This document shows, piece by piece, positions 36,402 through 48,898 of a stretch of 64,000 nucleotides of DNA (position 1 is the stretch's first letter; each line of letters opens with the position of its first letter). A program made the position numbers and the translations under genes. The notes beneath the pieces were generated by a model. It was given only the letters and a program-made list of their open reading frames with translations, was not told the DNA's origin and searched no databases. This DNA is from Pocillopora damicornis (lineage: Eukaryota), in contig NW_020844911.1 in assembly GCF_003704095.1 (NCBI RefSeq), positions 124,001 through 188,000 of the forward strand, given 5' to 3'.

Positions 36402-36643
36402 GTAAGTGTTGATTTTGTATAGTGTTAGTCCATTCAGCGGCGCATTCGCTCTATTCAAAGTTTACAAGCCTTAATTTACTGGTAGCAAAAAAAGAAAACG
36501 GGAACGAATTTTCAGCCATTTGATTGTGACAGATTTGTTACACNNNNNNNNNNNNNNNNNNNNNNNNNNNNNNNNNNNNNNNNNNNNNNNNNNNNNNNNN
36601 NNNNNNNNNNNNNNNNNNNNNNNNNNNNNNNNNNNNNNNNNNN

Positions 36644-37178
36644 TAAGGCTTAAAGGACAAAAAACATTTTCAACTTTTGATTCCATTCCTTCGTTAACAG
36701 GCTCGAAATACCACATCCACGAGTTTACAGCTGGGTCCCGCGCGCAAGCGGAATTACAACCTCTCCAGAACACAGTTTGCTGGTTGATTCCTAGAGCGCG
36801 ACACACCATAATATGATCCAACGTGAACAGGAGAAAAGAAGAGAACCCACTACCGCCACATTCAGTCATTGCTGGATCTACAACACAAACTGCCGTTCCA
36901 GAAGTCCCATAAGAATTTTTCCTGATCGCACCCACAAGTCCGTTCTCTTTCTGAAAGCGTTCTCTTAAAATTTCAGTCTTTGACAGAGACCTGAAGCTGT
37001 GGTTCAATTTGCTTTTCACTTGTGTAGTTGATTCATCCCTTTTCGACGATTGGCGATAGAGGCTGAACAGCAAAATAACGGTTAAAACAAGCCATGCTGG
37101 AATTAGATATCGAAGCAGGAAACGAGCAGGTTTGAAATTTTTGATAATTTTGACAGAAGCCACCCAAGCCGGTTGCAT
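36644..37178 (-). CDS. NodZ/GT23-like fucosyltransferase, paralogue B, partial exon 1 (truncated by a gap)
   Basis: Near-identical to 35466-35960 but with a different N-terminus (MQPAWVASVKII) and unrelated upstream DNA. Confidence 0.7.
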
Positions 37179-39342
37179 GTTATCAACGAAGAAAAGTAAA
37201 AACGAAATACTTTTTGCTATTTTTATTCCAGATGATAAATGGTGCAAAATACAAGGTATTTATCATAATTATGTATTCAGATCGAACACAAATGAGCATA
37301 ATTACGCAGAGAAACGACGGGTGTCAAGGAAGTAATAGAGAAATGAAAGACAGGTCGAACCGTGAATCCAATAACATGCGATGCGAGTGGTTTCCCACGT
37401 TACGAAGCAGAGGAAGACGCGCCATTCGGGCTCCAAGTTCATCAGATTGTGGAGACCACTTGCCGGGAGCCTTACTCACGGAATAGTGAGTCAGATCCAA
37501 GGTTTCATTAAGAAGAACGACAGCTGCTGGGCTGTGTTAGGTTTCATTAGAATTGATGAACACTTTTCAGTGATTAAACACTAGCAATTGAGTACTTCAA
37601 GGGCTTTTACGACTATTAATGAACGATAGAACACAGTGAGGGACTGTGCAAAATTCGTTCAGTTTTGAAAAGAGCGATGTATCACACGAGAATATTTTAT
37701 TTATAACTGAGATAAAAATGAGCACGAAAAGAGCTCTCAATTGACATTTTAAAAAATTGCTTTTTCAAACTGACGCTGAATGTTTTTAAACAAAAGCTAA
37801 CCAGTATTCCTCTTTGAAATGGCTAATGAATGACAGTGAAATTAACATACGTAATGATTGTTCAGCGCCTTGCTGGTTAATAAAGTTTAAATTTAGATTT
37901 TCGTTTTAATTTGCTACCATAAAAAGGCCTTCTCTTCCCTCAGCTATTAAAAAATGACCAAGTTTCTTCCTCCAACTTTAGCTGTGGTCTGGAAACGTTC
38001 GCAGTTTGATGCGTTTTTACCCTATTATTTACACGGAAACACCAACAATTCGAAACCGCTGAAGAAAATGGCCTTTGAACGCGTTTTTGATAGAGGAGTC
38101 TTTTGACTGAAGCAGGTGGAAAAAAAAGGTTTGATCGCGGTGACGTAGCATTCATCCTATGCAAAAATCAGGAAGTTTTAGCGAAACGCATAAAAAAGTA
38201 TGCGTTTTTAAATGAAAACGCAATGTTAGGATAAAAGGTCTTAACTGCAAAAATATCGCAAATAAACTGTGAAATTCAGGCCCCAACCACACTAATACGC
38301 TTTTAGAAAGGCCAGCAACGTGATCAACATAAACCGATCTTTCCCGAAGTTACGTTCACTAATTAACACAAAGAGAGCAAAGTTAGACGTTCTTTTTTGT
38401 TTTTTAATTGCAACAAGGGGCTCTAAAATAGTAATGAATGGAGTAAACAGGAAAATGGATCAGCGGATTGTGACAGTATTTTTGCCGGATGTCGGATTCA
38501 GAGCGAAATTTTAACGGATTTGCAGATCCTGCAACGGCAGTGGTTTGCAGTTTTCATCGATTGTTGGGACCGAACTTTGGATTTTTTTTAATTTCGGATC
38601 GTATATCTCTGCGATCGTTGGAAATGATTTGTTTTGTTTGTTTTTGTGTGTGTTTGCGTCACAGTTACTGTGGTTTTTACTCACAGACAAGACTTACCAA
38701 AAATGGCTTGAAAGTTGTGACGTGTTGCCAGCGGGAAGTGCCATTTAATCGATACTTACTGAGGCAGTTAGGGTTATCAGACATATTGCAGCCAGCTGAG
38801 GGCGGCTTCGGTAATTATCTATTAAATATTGCTGGGTCGAACGAGGTACTTTTTTTTAATATTGAAAACTAAATCAGCGAGCAGCACTCTGCGAACTGTT
38901 GCTGTAAACCTTGTTTTATTCTCCAATGCGTTTCGTCTATTTGTCGTAGACTTGTTCAAGACTTCTTCTTTACAAATATTTATTAGCCATAGTCAGCAGC
39001 CATTACGTGAGCTAGAAATCCCAAATCTTTTTCTCACTTTGACTTAAAAATTTGTCTGTTCCTGTTGGCAAATCCGGTCTAATCTTTATTGTCTTTGGCC
39101 CACGTAATAGCTGCTAACTACGGCTTATGAATACAGGCGNNNNNNNNNNNNNNNNNNNNNNNNNNNNNNNNNNNNNNNNNNNNNNNNNNNNNNNNNNNNN
39201 NNNNNNNNNNNNNNNNNNNNNNNNNNNNNNNNNNNNNNNTAAAATACAATATCTTAAATTATATTTACTGCAATAAATACTATCAGTCTAAAAATAGTCT
39301 TAAAATGAATCATTTCATTTTGGATGATGATACAAATGGTAT

Positions 39343-39537
39343 TTAACCCTTTCACTCCCAGACACAGGCTTTGACTTGATTTTATGTGGTTGTGACTTAT
39401 TTGGATAAAACTCTTATGTGTGAACTGTCAAGCAGCACTTTCATGTTTTACTCTTTGTTTTTGCTGATTCTGCACATTGAAATTCAAAGATTTCTTCTCA
39501 AATTTTGACCTAGCACTCTTGGGAGTGAAGGGGTTAA
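39343..39537. mobile_element. piggyBac-like MITE
   Basis: TTAA-CCCTTTCACTCCCA ... TGGGAGTGAAGGGG-TTAA. Confidence 0.75.
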
Positions 39538-40834
39538 TTACAGCTAAATAGAATTGATTTTTTAATTAAAATCTTGTTGTAACTGTAACAATAAATTAGT
39601 ATGAAGTAAACTGCAGACTTAGCTGCTGTTTGTCTTTTTCCTGGGCTCACAGCTTTCCCTGTTAGCCTTGAATGAGGTTTTCTACAAGAAGCTTGACCAT
39701 TTTGTATCTGGATTCCATGACATCTGAATTTGAAAAAATATATATTCATATATATATAAATAAATATATTAAAAGCTCAGACAAGGCCTTAGATAGCTAT
39801 AAGGAAAAGGGCATTCACTGGAATCTCAATTTAATTTTGAATGTTCCCAAAACGTGACTAAAGTAATCTTGAAACCTTACTGATAGATTTCATTGTAAAG
39901 CATAAGCTTAAGAAACTGCGGCATGCAAGTGACCGATTCGATTCTCAGAATTATTCTAGTTTCCGTTGCACCGAGCGTTATGTAAGCTTAATTCAATTCT
40001 TTGATAAGATTTTGATCACGTAACGACTATCGCAATTTTTACTCACCACAAACTTTCAAAATCGTAGCTTTATAGATGGCCTATCGACCCTTGTTTATAC
40101 TAGTCAATATGTCAACTGTTGTCCCTTCTTTTAACTCCACGGCGTCAACGACTTTCTTTTCATTTACAACACTCACGCTGTTCTAGTTTTCCCAATGAAC
40201 CAAAATAAAACCTTTCTTTAGAAATGTTATATTAGGCAAAACAGTTGAGAAAAGAAATAACTTAACACACGAGCGATCAACCGATAAAAAGTACATTCAA
40301 AGATGAGCGCCAAATGGAGTCTTCTTTGTTTCTGATCACGGACATGATCACGTGGATCGTTTAGGACTTGTCATTGGCTGTCGTTTCCTCTGAACTTAAA
40401 GCGGTGATGCCACCAGAGAAGAGTGCGTCTCATAAAGGGGAAGCATTTGTTCAAGAGACAGAAGCAACTATATCCGATTACAGAGGTGTGTTAGAACTCT
40501 GGTCCACAAATGGTTATGCACTGTCCGAAGTGTAAAACAATTTTATTGATAGCTGACAGACAGAGAAGAACAACAAGTAAACTTTAGAGCTGTTATTATT
40601 GAAGTGTGACTTGCACTTTTCATTTGTATATTAAGGCGGACGTGTATTTCGCACCAAAAATAAAAAGAAGTAATATTTTTTGGGAGATTCAGTGATTGGG
40701 ACATTAAAGAAATAAAATTATGAAAGGAAACTCGGTTTGTACTTTTCACTAATAACAAGTCTTGTTTTAAAAACATTTTCAGATCAGGGTTTTAAATAAA
40801 GTAAATTGAAGAAGTAATTTAAAAGGTGTAAAAC

Positions 40835-41164
40835 AGGACCTGAAAAAAAATTTCAGGTCCTATTTTCAACTACTAGTTCAGTAGTGTTCTTAACTGCAAG
40901 AACCTCTTAAATTCATTTCTTCACCGCAGTGCAAATATATGAATTTCATATATCTAAAATCATTATTCATCACTTGGATGGTTTGTTTGGACCCAACAAA
41001 TTGACCAGCTCCCAATTGGCTTGTTAGCTCAGTTGGTAGAGCGCTGCACTGGTATTGCAAAGGTTATAGGTTCAAATCCCATACGGGCCTGAATTTTTTT
41101 CAGGTCCTATTTTCAACTACTAGTTCAGTAGTGTTCTTTAAGCTGCGAGGATCTCTTAAATTCA
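40835..41164 (+). mobile_element. tRNA-containing repeat element with ~65-bp direct terminal repeats; internal tRNA-like segment 41018-41090 (GGT anticodon, probably a pseudo-tRNA)
   Basis: GGCTTGT TA GCTC AGTTGGTA GAGC G CTGCA CT-GGT-AT TGCAA ... ATAGG TTCAAAT CCCAT ACGGGCC, with A and B boxes. Repeats at 40851-40915 and 41098-41164. Confidence 0.75.
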
Positions 41165-42235
41165 CGAGACATTTTGCATCACAGTAAAAACTTTTATGAT
41201 CATGGAATCCAAGAGTCCTTTGGGGTTAGAAAGCAAATCTATGATATGAGTACATTGGATTAATTGGCAATTTGCATTTAACATAATTGACATCTGCTTT
41301 ATGAAAAATCCATATTAAAGTAGAGATTTACTAAAACTTAGTTTGAATAATAAATTTAATGATCTTTAAGTTATAAACATATACATGTATGTATATCTCT
41401 TGGTAAATTTTGTATAGCATACCTTTTATTGAGCCAAAGTTTTAAGCCTCTAAAATTACCCCTTTTCTTAAATACTTCTTGGAATTGATTTGGACCTCAG
41501 GGTATTTAAATTGCCTCAAATTCAATTCTCAGAAATTCCCAAGAATTCCACCCTTCTTAAATTATAGGTAGTTTGCATAGCTGAGAATTCCTAGGAATTC
41601 CAAGTCCTCACAGAACTGGAGTCTTCCGTTTCCCAGAAATTCCAAGTAATTCCAAGCTTTTCAAATCAGAGCTGATTTGCACAGTTGGGAATTTTTGAGA
41701 ATTCCTAGGAATTCCTAGACCTAATTCCAAGCCTAGCCTTTATAAAACAGGACTTAAGTGGTTAGTGTGCCCTACTCTTGATTGTTTGACAATCAAGAGC
41801 ATTTTTAGTTGGTAATCAGCTCCTTTATAACTGAGGCCCTCGGGCAACTAAGGTAGATAGAGTCGCAGTATGAACCACCTCATGCAAGGCATGCAGCCTT
41901 TCTAACTTTGATGTATCCCCCAGCTTCCCCTCCCCTTTCAAAATCCCAGCTACTCCCCTGCAAGGTCGATAATGGAAAGGGCACTCCCTTTATTGGCATG
42001 ACAGAAACAAGTATGCACATGCGCCAACTGACTTTTTGGTATGAAAACTAGGCGGAAATGCAAGAAACTTTTCCATAGGGATAAGGAAAAATGTGTCGAC
42101 CTCAACAGGTTCTATGGTGAAATTAGTTAGACCACACTAAAGCTCTCCTCTTTCCATCTCATTTGTATCTCAAAATCTTTGCAAAGATTAAAATCATAAA
42201 TTTTTTTTCTTGTTCTGAGAAATACTCAGAGAGAG

Positions 42236-43239
42236 CTAAAGAGAAACCTTAAACAAGTCAACAAGTAAACCCTGGGCAATATTCGGACAGGCACTTCCAA
42301 CGGAATGATTGACAAGACACTCTACTATCGATTCTAGAGCGTCCTCTAGCTCTTGTTTCTCCATTCTTGCTTCTTCATTCAGATTTCTTCTTTGACGAAT
42401 TGTTCCTTGATCCTATTGAATTCAATTAATACAACTCAGGTGAGCTATCGATATTATGGCAACAGTGGTCAAATGTGGGCATGCGCGATGGGATGAATTC
42501 TGGCCGGCCGCGCGCCAATTTCCCGCGTAACTTTCGATGAAAACGTAAGAAACAACTGCTGTCACAATTAGCTAAGCAGAAGAAAAAATCAAATTGTTTA
42601 TAGAAATATGTAAACAAAGGTAAGAAAAAAGAAAACTCGAGATTTCTCGAACGCTAAGCTTATTGAATCACGAGTATCCCTTTCATTTACAATTTTGTTT
42701 GGAGCTTTAACGAAAAAGTTAGACGCTGTTAAAACACCGTGACTTACAAGATTATTTGGTTCTTTTTAGCTCGTGTAAGACGCTGACGCTCTGACGAGGG
42801 GCATTCTCTCTTACGAGGGCCGGGCTAACGCTGAAAACGTCAGCGTCGAAACTCTAAACGCTGGCCGATTTACGTTAATACCGAATTATTTTAATATAAC
42901 TGATATTTTCCTTTATCCTCAGATCTTGTCTGCCTGAGACTGAATTGATATTTTGAGGAGAAATCATTTCTTGGTCACTCATGGGATTAAACAAACCTCA
43001 GCAGGCTCTTCATCCATGAAATAGCTTCTCATATGCGGGTTGAAGTAACTTGCCAGAGCGGCTACACTGGACTCGGCATGTAAGAACACGTCACACCTGG
43101 CTAAGAGCAGAATGTCTATCAGCACTTGGGTGCCAATTTCTCGTTCGTACGGGTGAGTTGCGTTGTATTTGAATTTAAATAGATGCGGAGGCGTCTGACT
43201 GTGATATTCCTTTGCTCGTAAAGCTTCTGTGAAAACAAC
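42236..43239 (-). CDS. Fucosyltransferase exons 2 (43239-42997) and 3 (42412-42236), the C-terminal half matching the exon-1 genes
   Basis: Phase-0 acceptor gives GKET|VVFTEALRA; motif III DILLLARCDVFLHAESSVAALASYFNP; exon 3 DQGTIRQRR...LFKVSL*. Confidence 0.7.
42781..42882 (+). mobile_element. Rearranged family-1 HHR repeat in fucosyltransferase intron 2
   Basis: gctCTGACGAggggc...gggctaacgctgaaaacgtcagc. Confidence 0.5.
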
Positions 43240-43906
43240 CTGCACAGCAGTTAAGCAACAAAAATCACTGGATAAAAATACGACTCCCCCTGGATTAAAA
43301 TATAATTCCCCCCTCCCTCCACGATTTCACTGCAAGATAGTAAATTTCCACTTGTTACATAAAATCGCCGGGTAAAATTTCCTTACAGCCCCATACTACA
43401 TTATGTTTTCAGTTCTTGAATGGAGAAAACAATGACAAAAACAATACATTTCCATTGGGAAAACAGATTTATAACGTAGCTAGTTAATTTTTCTTATCAA
43501 ATTCAGTTGCGCAAGCGTGCTTCATATACCAGTGCATGCTCGTGACGTCAATTTTCCATGGGGTTGAAAATGTTATAAAACAATTGGTTCATACGTCAGC
43601 TCAAGAAGCTAGAGTTGCTCTCGGTTACGCCTCGAGCAACTCTTACGCATCTTTCGTGCTCTCCAAACTTCCCAAGTGCTTCGTATCTCGATGAACGCAC
43701 GCTGACGTGTGAACCAATTGTTAATTGAAGTTTGATCGTTTGTTTTGTTTCAGGGTTGCTTTCTCGTTGTTTGGGATAGAAATGATACTTAAGCAAGAAA
43801 TGGTGCNNNNNNNNNNNNNNNNNNNNNNNNNNNNNNNNNNNNNNNNNNNNNNNNNNNNNNNNNNNNNNNNNNNNNNNNNNNNNNNNNNNNNNNNNNNNNN
43901 NNNNNN

Positions 43907-44472
43907 AAAGATTTCGAGATACAAATGAGATGGAAAGAGGAAAACTTTTGTGTGGTCTGAGTAATTTAACTATAAACCCTGTTGAGGTCGACACATTTTC
44001 CCTTATATTGAAAAGTTTCTTGTATTTCTGTTTAGTTTTCATACCATATATTTAAATATCTTGTTTTACCTAACTGACACTGATATATCAGAACGCAAAG
44101 TATTTTCCTCAGTACCTGTAACCAAAATTGCGCAGTACCCCTGTTACGACTTAAAACCACTGGAAGCTGTGCCCTGTCAGTTGGCGCATGTGCATACTTG
44201 TTTTCGTCATGCCAATAAAGGGAGTGCCATTTCCATTACCGACCTTGCAGGGGAGTAGCTGGGATTTTCAAAGGGGAGGAGAAGCTGGGGGATACATCAA
44301 AGCTAGAAAGGCTGCATGCCTTGCATGAGGTGGTTCATACTGCCACTCTACCTTAGTTGCCCGAGGGCCTCAGTTATAAAGGAGCTGATTACCAACTAAA
44401 AATGCTCTTGATTGTCAAAAAATCAAGAGTAGGGCACACTAACCACTTAAGTCCAGTTGTATAAAGGCTAGG
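43907..44472 (+). repeat. Inverted copy of 41731-42180 (fucosyltransferase 3'UTR/flank), interpreted as the 3' end of paralogue B
   Basis: 43907-44046 is the reverse complement of ~42038-42180, and 44176-44472 is the reverse complement of ~41731-42032. High but imperfect identity. Confidence 0.85.
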
Positions 44473-45499
44473 TCCAGTTGTATACCCAACAGATAAATCC
44501 CTATCCAGCGGATAACTGTGAAAAAACGTAGAGCACTATCCACCAGATAGAGATTTATCCTGTGGATAGCATTATCCATGCTTTGAACCGAGGCGTGGTC
44601 ACTCAATCTAACAATACCATTATACAGTTCCTCCACATCACCTCAACTTTCACAAGTATTTTTTGAAAAAATGTGTTGCTTTTATTATAATTAAATCACC
44701 CCAAAAATTTTAATGCTTGAATTTACTTACGTAAACAATTATATACATAAACAACTGTTGTATCAATTTACTATACATCACTCAATGGCTGCTAGCAGCA
44801 GTCTATTATAAATCTGATTCGTTTAAATTTATCTTGTTATCATAACTGTTCTTTTTAGTTATCAAAATTAACTGTCATGTACATGACCACAAGCTACTTA
44901 TAATATTCACAAATACATATTTCAAATCCTTGTCAAGTTTGGTCAACCAGTGAATTCTTAGGATAAGCAACTCAGTGCATAGCAGTAACACTTGTATTGT
45001 TCAAATGAGACAAAACATTTTTGGATTATAAGTAACATAAATACCAAATGCAACATTTTTTGCACAGCAAACTTGGCCACGTACAAAAAAAAAAAGCTTG
45101 GCCTCATACTGGTGTGACCTGTGTCTTGGGGTAAAAACTTTTTTGCTCTCGTAATTACAATGATACTGTTTCAAATTTGTGCATATTATGTGGTAGTATA
45201 TTATAAACTGAACATGATTCTACTGCCACTTTACATTATACACTGGAACTTGAGCTTGCTAAATAATATTTAGCCTCATTGCATTGAGGTTGGTTTTCAT
45301 TAGCGTCTTAGTTGGCGACAGAGTCAAACTGATACAATGTGGAAAACAACCAAACAAATCAGAAGCAAAGTATCAACACTGCTTGTGACTCTGTTGGTTA
45401 TGATCTATAAAAACTACCATAGTATATATGCTGTTGCTTGCACAATATAGTTTTGTCAAGACCATAAGCATCAAATTCAAAAGCAGAATTATATACAAC

Positions 45500-48400
45500 T
45501 ATTTTCAGTTGGTTGGGGCTTGATGGACGTCTAAATTGTGGTGTTGTCACTGGCCACTGGCTTTGTTTCCAGTGTTTTCAGTGCCAACATGTTGTTTGAC
45601 CTCTAATGACAGGCTCTCATGTTGCTGGATAGTTTTGACCCACAGCTATTGAGATTTAGTTACCTTCGGAAACAAGGAAGGTTGCTCATGACCACATTGT
45701 TACTCTACAGTCAAAATTCCCATTGCCAAATATTTCTGCACCTCACTCAACTGATTATCATGGTAGAACAAAATGGAACTGCTCTGATTCTTTCCACTCA
45801 TGAATATCCTCTCAACTCCAATTTTTTTCACCCAAGGGGAGGTGCTCTTACAAATTTGAGTACCACTTCAACACTGTCCCAAGTAAACACCAACCATAAT
45901 GAGGTTCACTAAGCCTACACAAAATAATAAATTAATACATCTTAATGTAACTTAGGCATCAAGATGCTTAGGCTCTGACAAGTGCTCTGACAACCATCAT
46001 AATATACAAACTAAAATTTGCCGGCACTTCATGTCTTCAAAGTTCTCAAGTTTTTTCCTAACCCTTGAGATTATATTTCTAGCATAATGCTGAGAAATTC
46101 TTAATCCACAAGTTTTGCATTTAATTTTAGAGAAATGACAACTGTTGCAGTGTTTGAAATTAGAGCTTATCCATGTAAGCCTCACAGAGTTGTGCATGTG
46201 GATTAATGCACATGCTTACTCTGTTAATTCATACGTAAATTCAGACAATTGTACCCAGTTTGTGTCTATTTGCACAGATCCACTGGTGGATTTGTAACCG
46301 TTCCAACATTTGGTGATGATCACTACCTTGGAGAACTCACAGTAATGGGAATGCATGTGAACATATGTCAGTTTTTCAGTCTCAGCCATTTTGTTTGGGA
46401 ATGTCATCTCACTAATGAGAAGCTTGAATTGGCATTGTAGGTGACAACATTGACAATGTCATCTTTTGGAATGTAACGACTGCTGGCATCTAAATTAGTG
46501 TTATCAAAGAATCCACTCTCTTCGTAAATCTGCAAAACAAACACCATAGACAAAACAATATCAACATCCCTCCTCTCAACCCATTTACTCTCAAGATCTG
46601 ATTATTAATTGTTGCCTCTAGCTGCTAAACATTTCCTTACAAATCAGTTACACCTGATTAAAAAAATATAGTGAAACTTCTATTACACGGACACCCTCTG
46701 GACCTTCTCAAGCGTCTGCTTACCTCCTAAACCCCCAGAAGTGATAAACAAGTAACTTCTCCCAATAGTATCCATACATCATCCAGTAAACAGGTAATGA
46801 GAATATTCAAACTCATCAGGTGCAAGATAATTATTACCTTGATTGAACACCAAGTTCTTGTAACTAATTTACAAGGAAATGTGTGGCAGCAACAGGAGAG
46901 AATTAACTATCAGATCTTGGGAGTTAAAGAAGGTGTCCGCTTAATAAAGGGTTTGTATGAATTGCACAATGTATGTTAACAATCAACATTCAACAGTTAC
47001 CCTGTACTATGATTAAGGTCCATGTTGTTAGCGAAGCTATCTAGAGTTCTAGTTCATAACTTTTCATGACCAACTAATAATTTGATGGTAATAATGCAAA
47101 AACATTTAAAGAAAAACAGTGATGACAAATTATGCACTGGACAATGACTCTTTGGATTTATTATATTTAATAGACTCTTTAATCAAGGACATAATCCCAT
47201 ACTCTACATTGTCAATTCAGTCTGGTGTCCACTTAACCTTTGAACTCCCAGATCAAATTTGTAATTCTCCTTGCCGTCAACCATACAATTCTTATAATGT
47301 TAGTTTAGAGAATTTAGTATTGGATCAAGTAGTTATCCCCAAATTGATATTATTCTTTATTCTCATCACTTATCTGGTTGATAATGTATTGATATTGTAA
47401 GGAAAAATTCTGTCTTGGTCACTGATGGGAGTTAAAGGGTCAACAGAGGTTTTTAACAAAAGTGTCTGCATCCACTTAATGTCCACTTAATAGAGGTTTG
47501 TTTGGGGAATGTGAAGTCCGATAAAAGAACTCTTAAATCGGTCAAAGTTTTCCTTTTGTATCAATCTTTAAATGTGTCTATCTTTTGATTTATAAAAATG
47601 TAACTAGCGCTGTAAACTGAATTGGAGAAAAGCATCACATAAACCTAGCAATTAACAAAGATGAATCTAAAAATTAAAACTGTGAAGTTATTTCGTTTGT
47701 TAGTTATTTTCAATAATAAATTTATTCATAAAGCGTAGTCCAATTGGCGATTAAAATTAGAGGTTGTGAAACACTTTCATTGTAACAATTAACTGATAAA
47801 GATCCACCGCAATTAAAGATTCTAAAGGACGGACGGAAATATTGTATTCTCTTTCCGTAGTCTCCTTAACTTTCGAGATTAAAAAAACATATTAAAAATA
47901 TTATTCAAACAGGAAGTTAGGCCAGAATGGGTTACAAGCCTTTGAAGTGACCCATTAATAACACAGGTGTATCCTACGCTCTGTCTGCGAGAAGACAACT
48001 GCGTGTTAACTAAATCGAAGGATGAATAATTAGCAAACAAAGAACGATATCACGAAGAATGCGAAACGACGAAATTCGACATCGAAACAAGAAGTGGTAT
48101 GACACGTGTGATTACATTACATGAACAAAATATTTCATTAAAGGGTTAGATTACGTATCGAAGAACTTTGAAGTAACTGTATGTAACTGTTAGTCTTGCT
48201 ATAACTAAATACGAATTGATACGCAACAAAATAAATTAGAACAGTTTTGATCGAAACTACGATTGCCCTCTGGACGGAACCAGTTCGAAAAAAGGAAAAA
48301 ATGATTTGAGGTAAATTTCGAGAAATAACAGCTGGCTCAAATTCTCTGTGATCATGTGTTTGATGTAAGATAAGCATTCCTTTACCCACCTGTAATCTCC

Positions 48401-48645
48401 AGAATGTTAGTGATGAATGAAGAAACAATAAACCCAGTGCAAAGCTCGATACAAACACGATGAAGAAATGAAGAAGAACCACGCGATCGAATCTTAAAAA
48501 AAACAACACAGATCGTCTGTCATTTGTCCAAATCATAACTTGTACTAATGTCATTATTGTCTTACTTGCTGGCAGTATCCCCGCTTGTATTTGTGCAAGT
48601 AGAAGACGAATTATTGTCAGAGACTTTCCTTTCCCGTTCAGCCAT
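45500..48645 (-). pseudogene. Type II membrane protein gene with a degenerate luminal region (weak GT92/DUF23-like resemblance); exons 48645-48566, 48492-48390, 46529-onward; 3' limit approximate
   Basis: Clean ATG and spliced TM exon (FDRVVLLHFFIVFVSSFALGLLFL). Exon 3 hits TGA at 46406-46404. Downstream fragments lie in shifting frames, e.g. WVKKIGVERIFMSG...EVQKYLAMGILTVE* (45834-45700). Confidence 0.35.
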
Positions 48646-48898
48646 TTTGCAATTGTTGTTGATGACTGCGTTCATAGTTATTGGCTGGAAGGTTTGGTTC
48701 TACTTCAACGGAATTGCTGCTCAGCGGTCAACTTAAAAAATGACGTATGTTCTTGCACAATCTCGAGCCCAGGGTCATTTGAGTTTCTTGTCAGCGGTAT
48801 AGTTGCAAAGAAATATTCTAACTCTCGTGCATTATACACCACACAGAATATTAGGTAGAGCCTGCGCTATTTTTGTCAGCGGAGAGGAAAACAAAAAA
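48646..48898. promoter_or_regulatory. Compact bidirectional promoter region
   Basis: Divergent ATGs at 48645 (-) and 48899 (+), 253 bp apart; contains attgg and tgacgt motifs. Confidence 0.45.

Noticed and set aside
40407-40490. Possible orphan first exon (MPPEKSASHKGEAFVQETEATISDYR|gt) after E-box/CCAAT motifs
   Set aside because: No downstream exon or recognisable homology found
41018-41090. Functional tRNA-Thr(GGT) gene
   Set aside because: Mismatches in the anticodon and T stems, an atypical anticodon for a eukaryote, and embedding in a repeat unit
40851-41164. CRISPR-like repeat-spacer or prokaryotic system
   Set aside because: Only two 65-bp repeats, no cas genes, and a clearly eukaryotic spliced context
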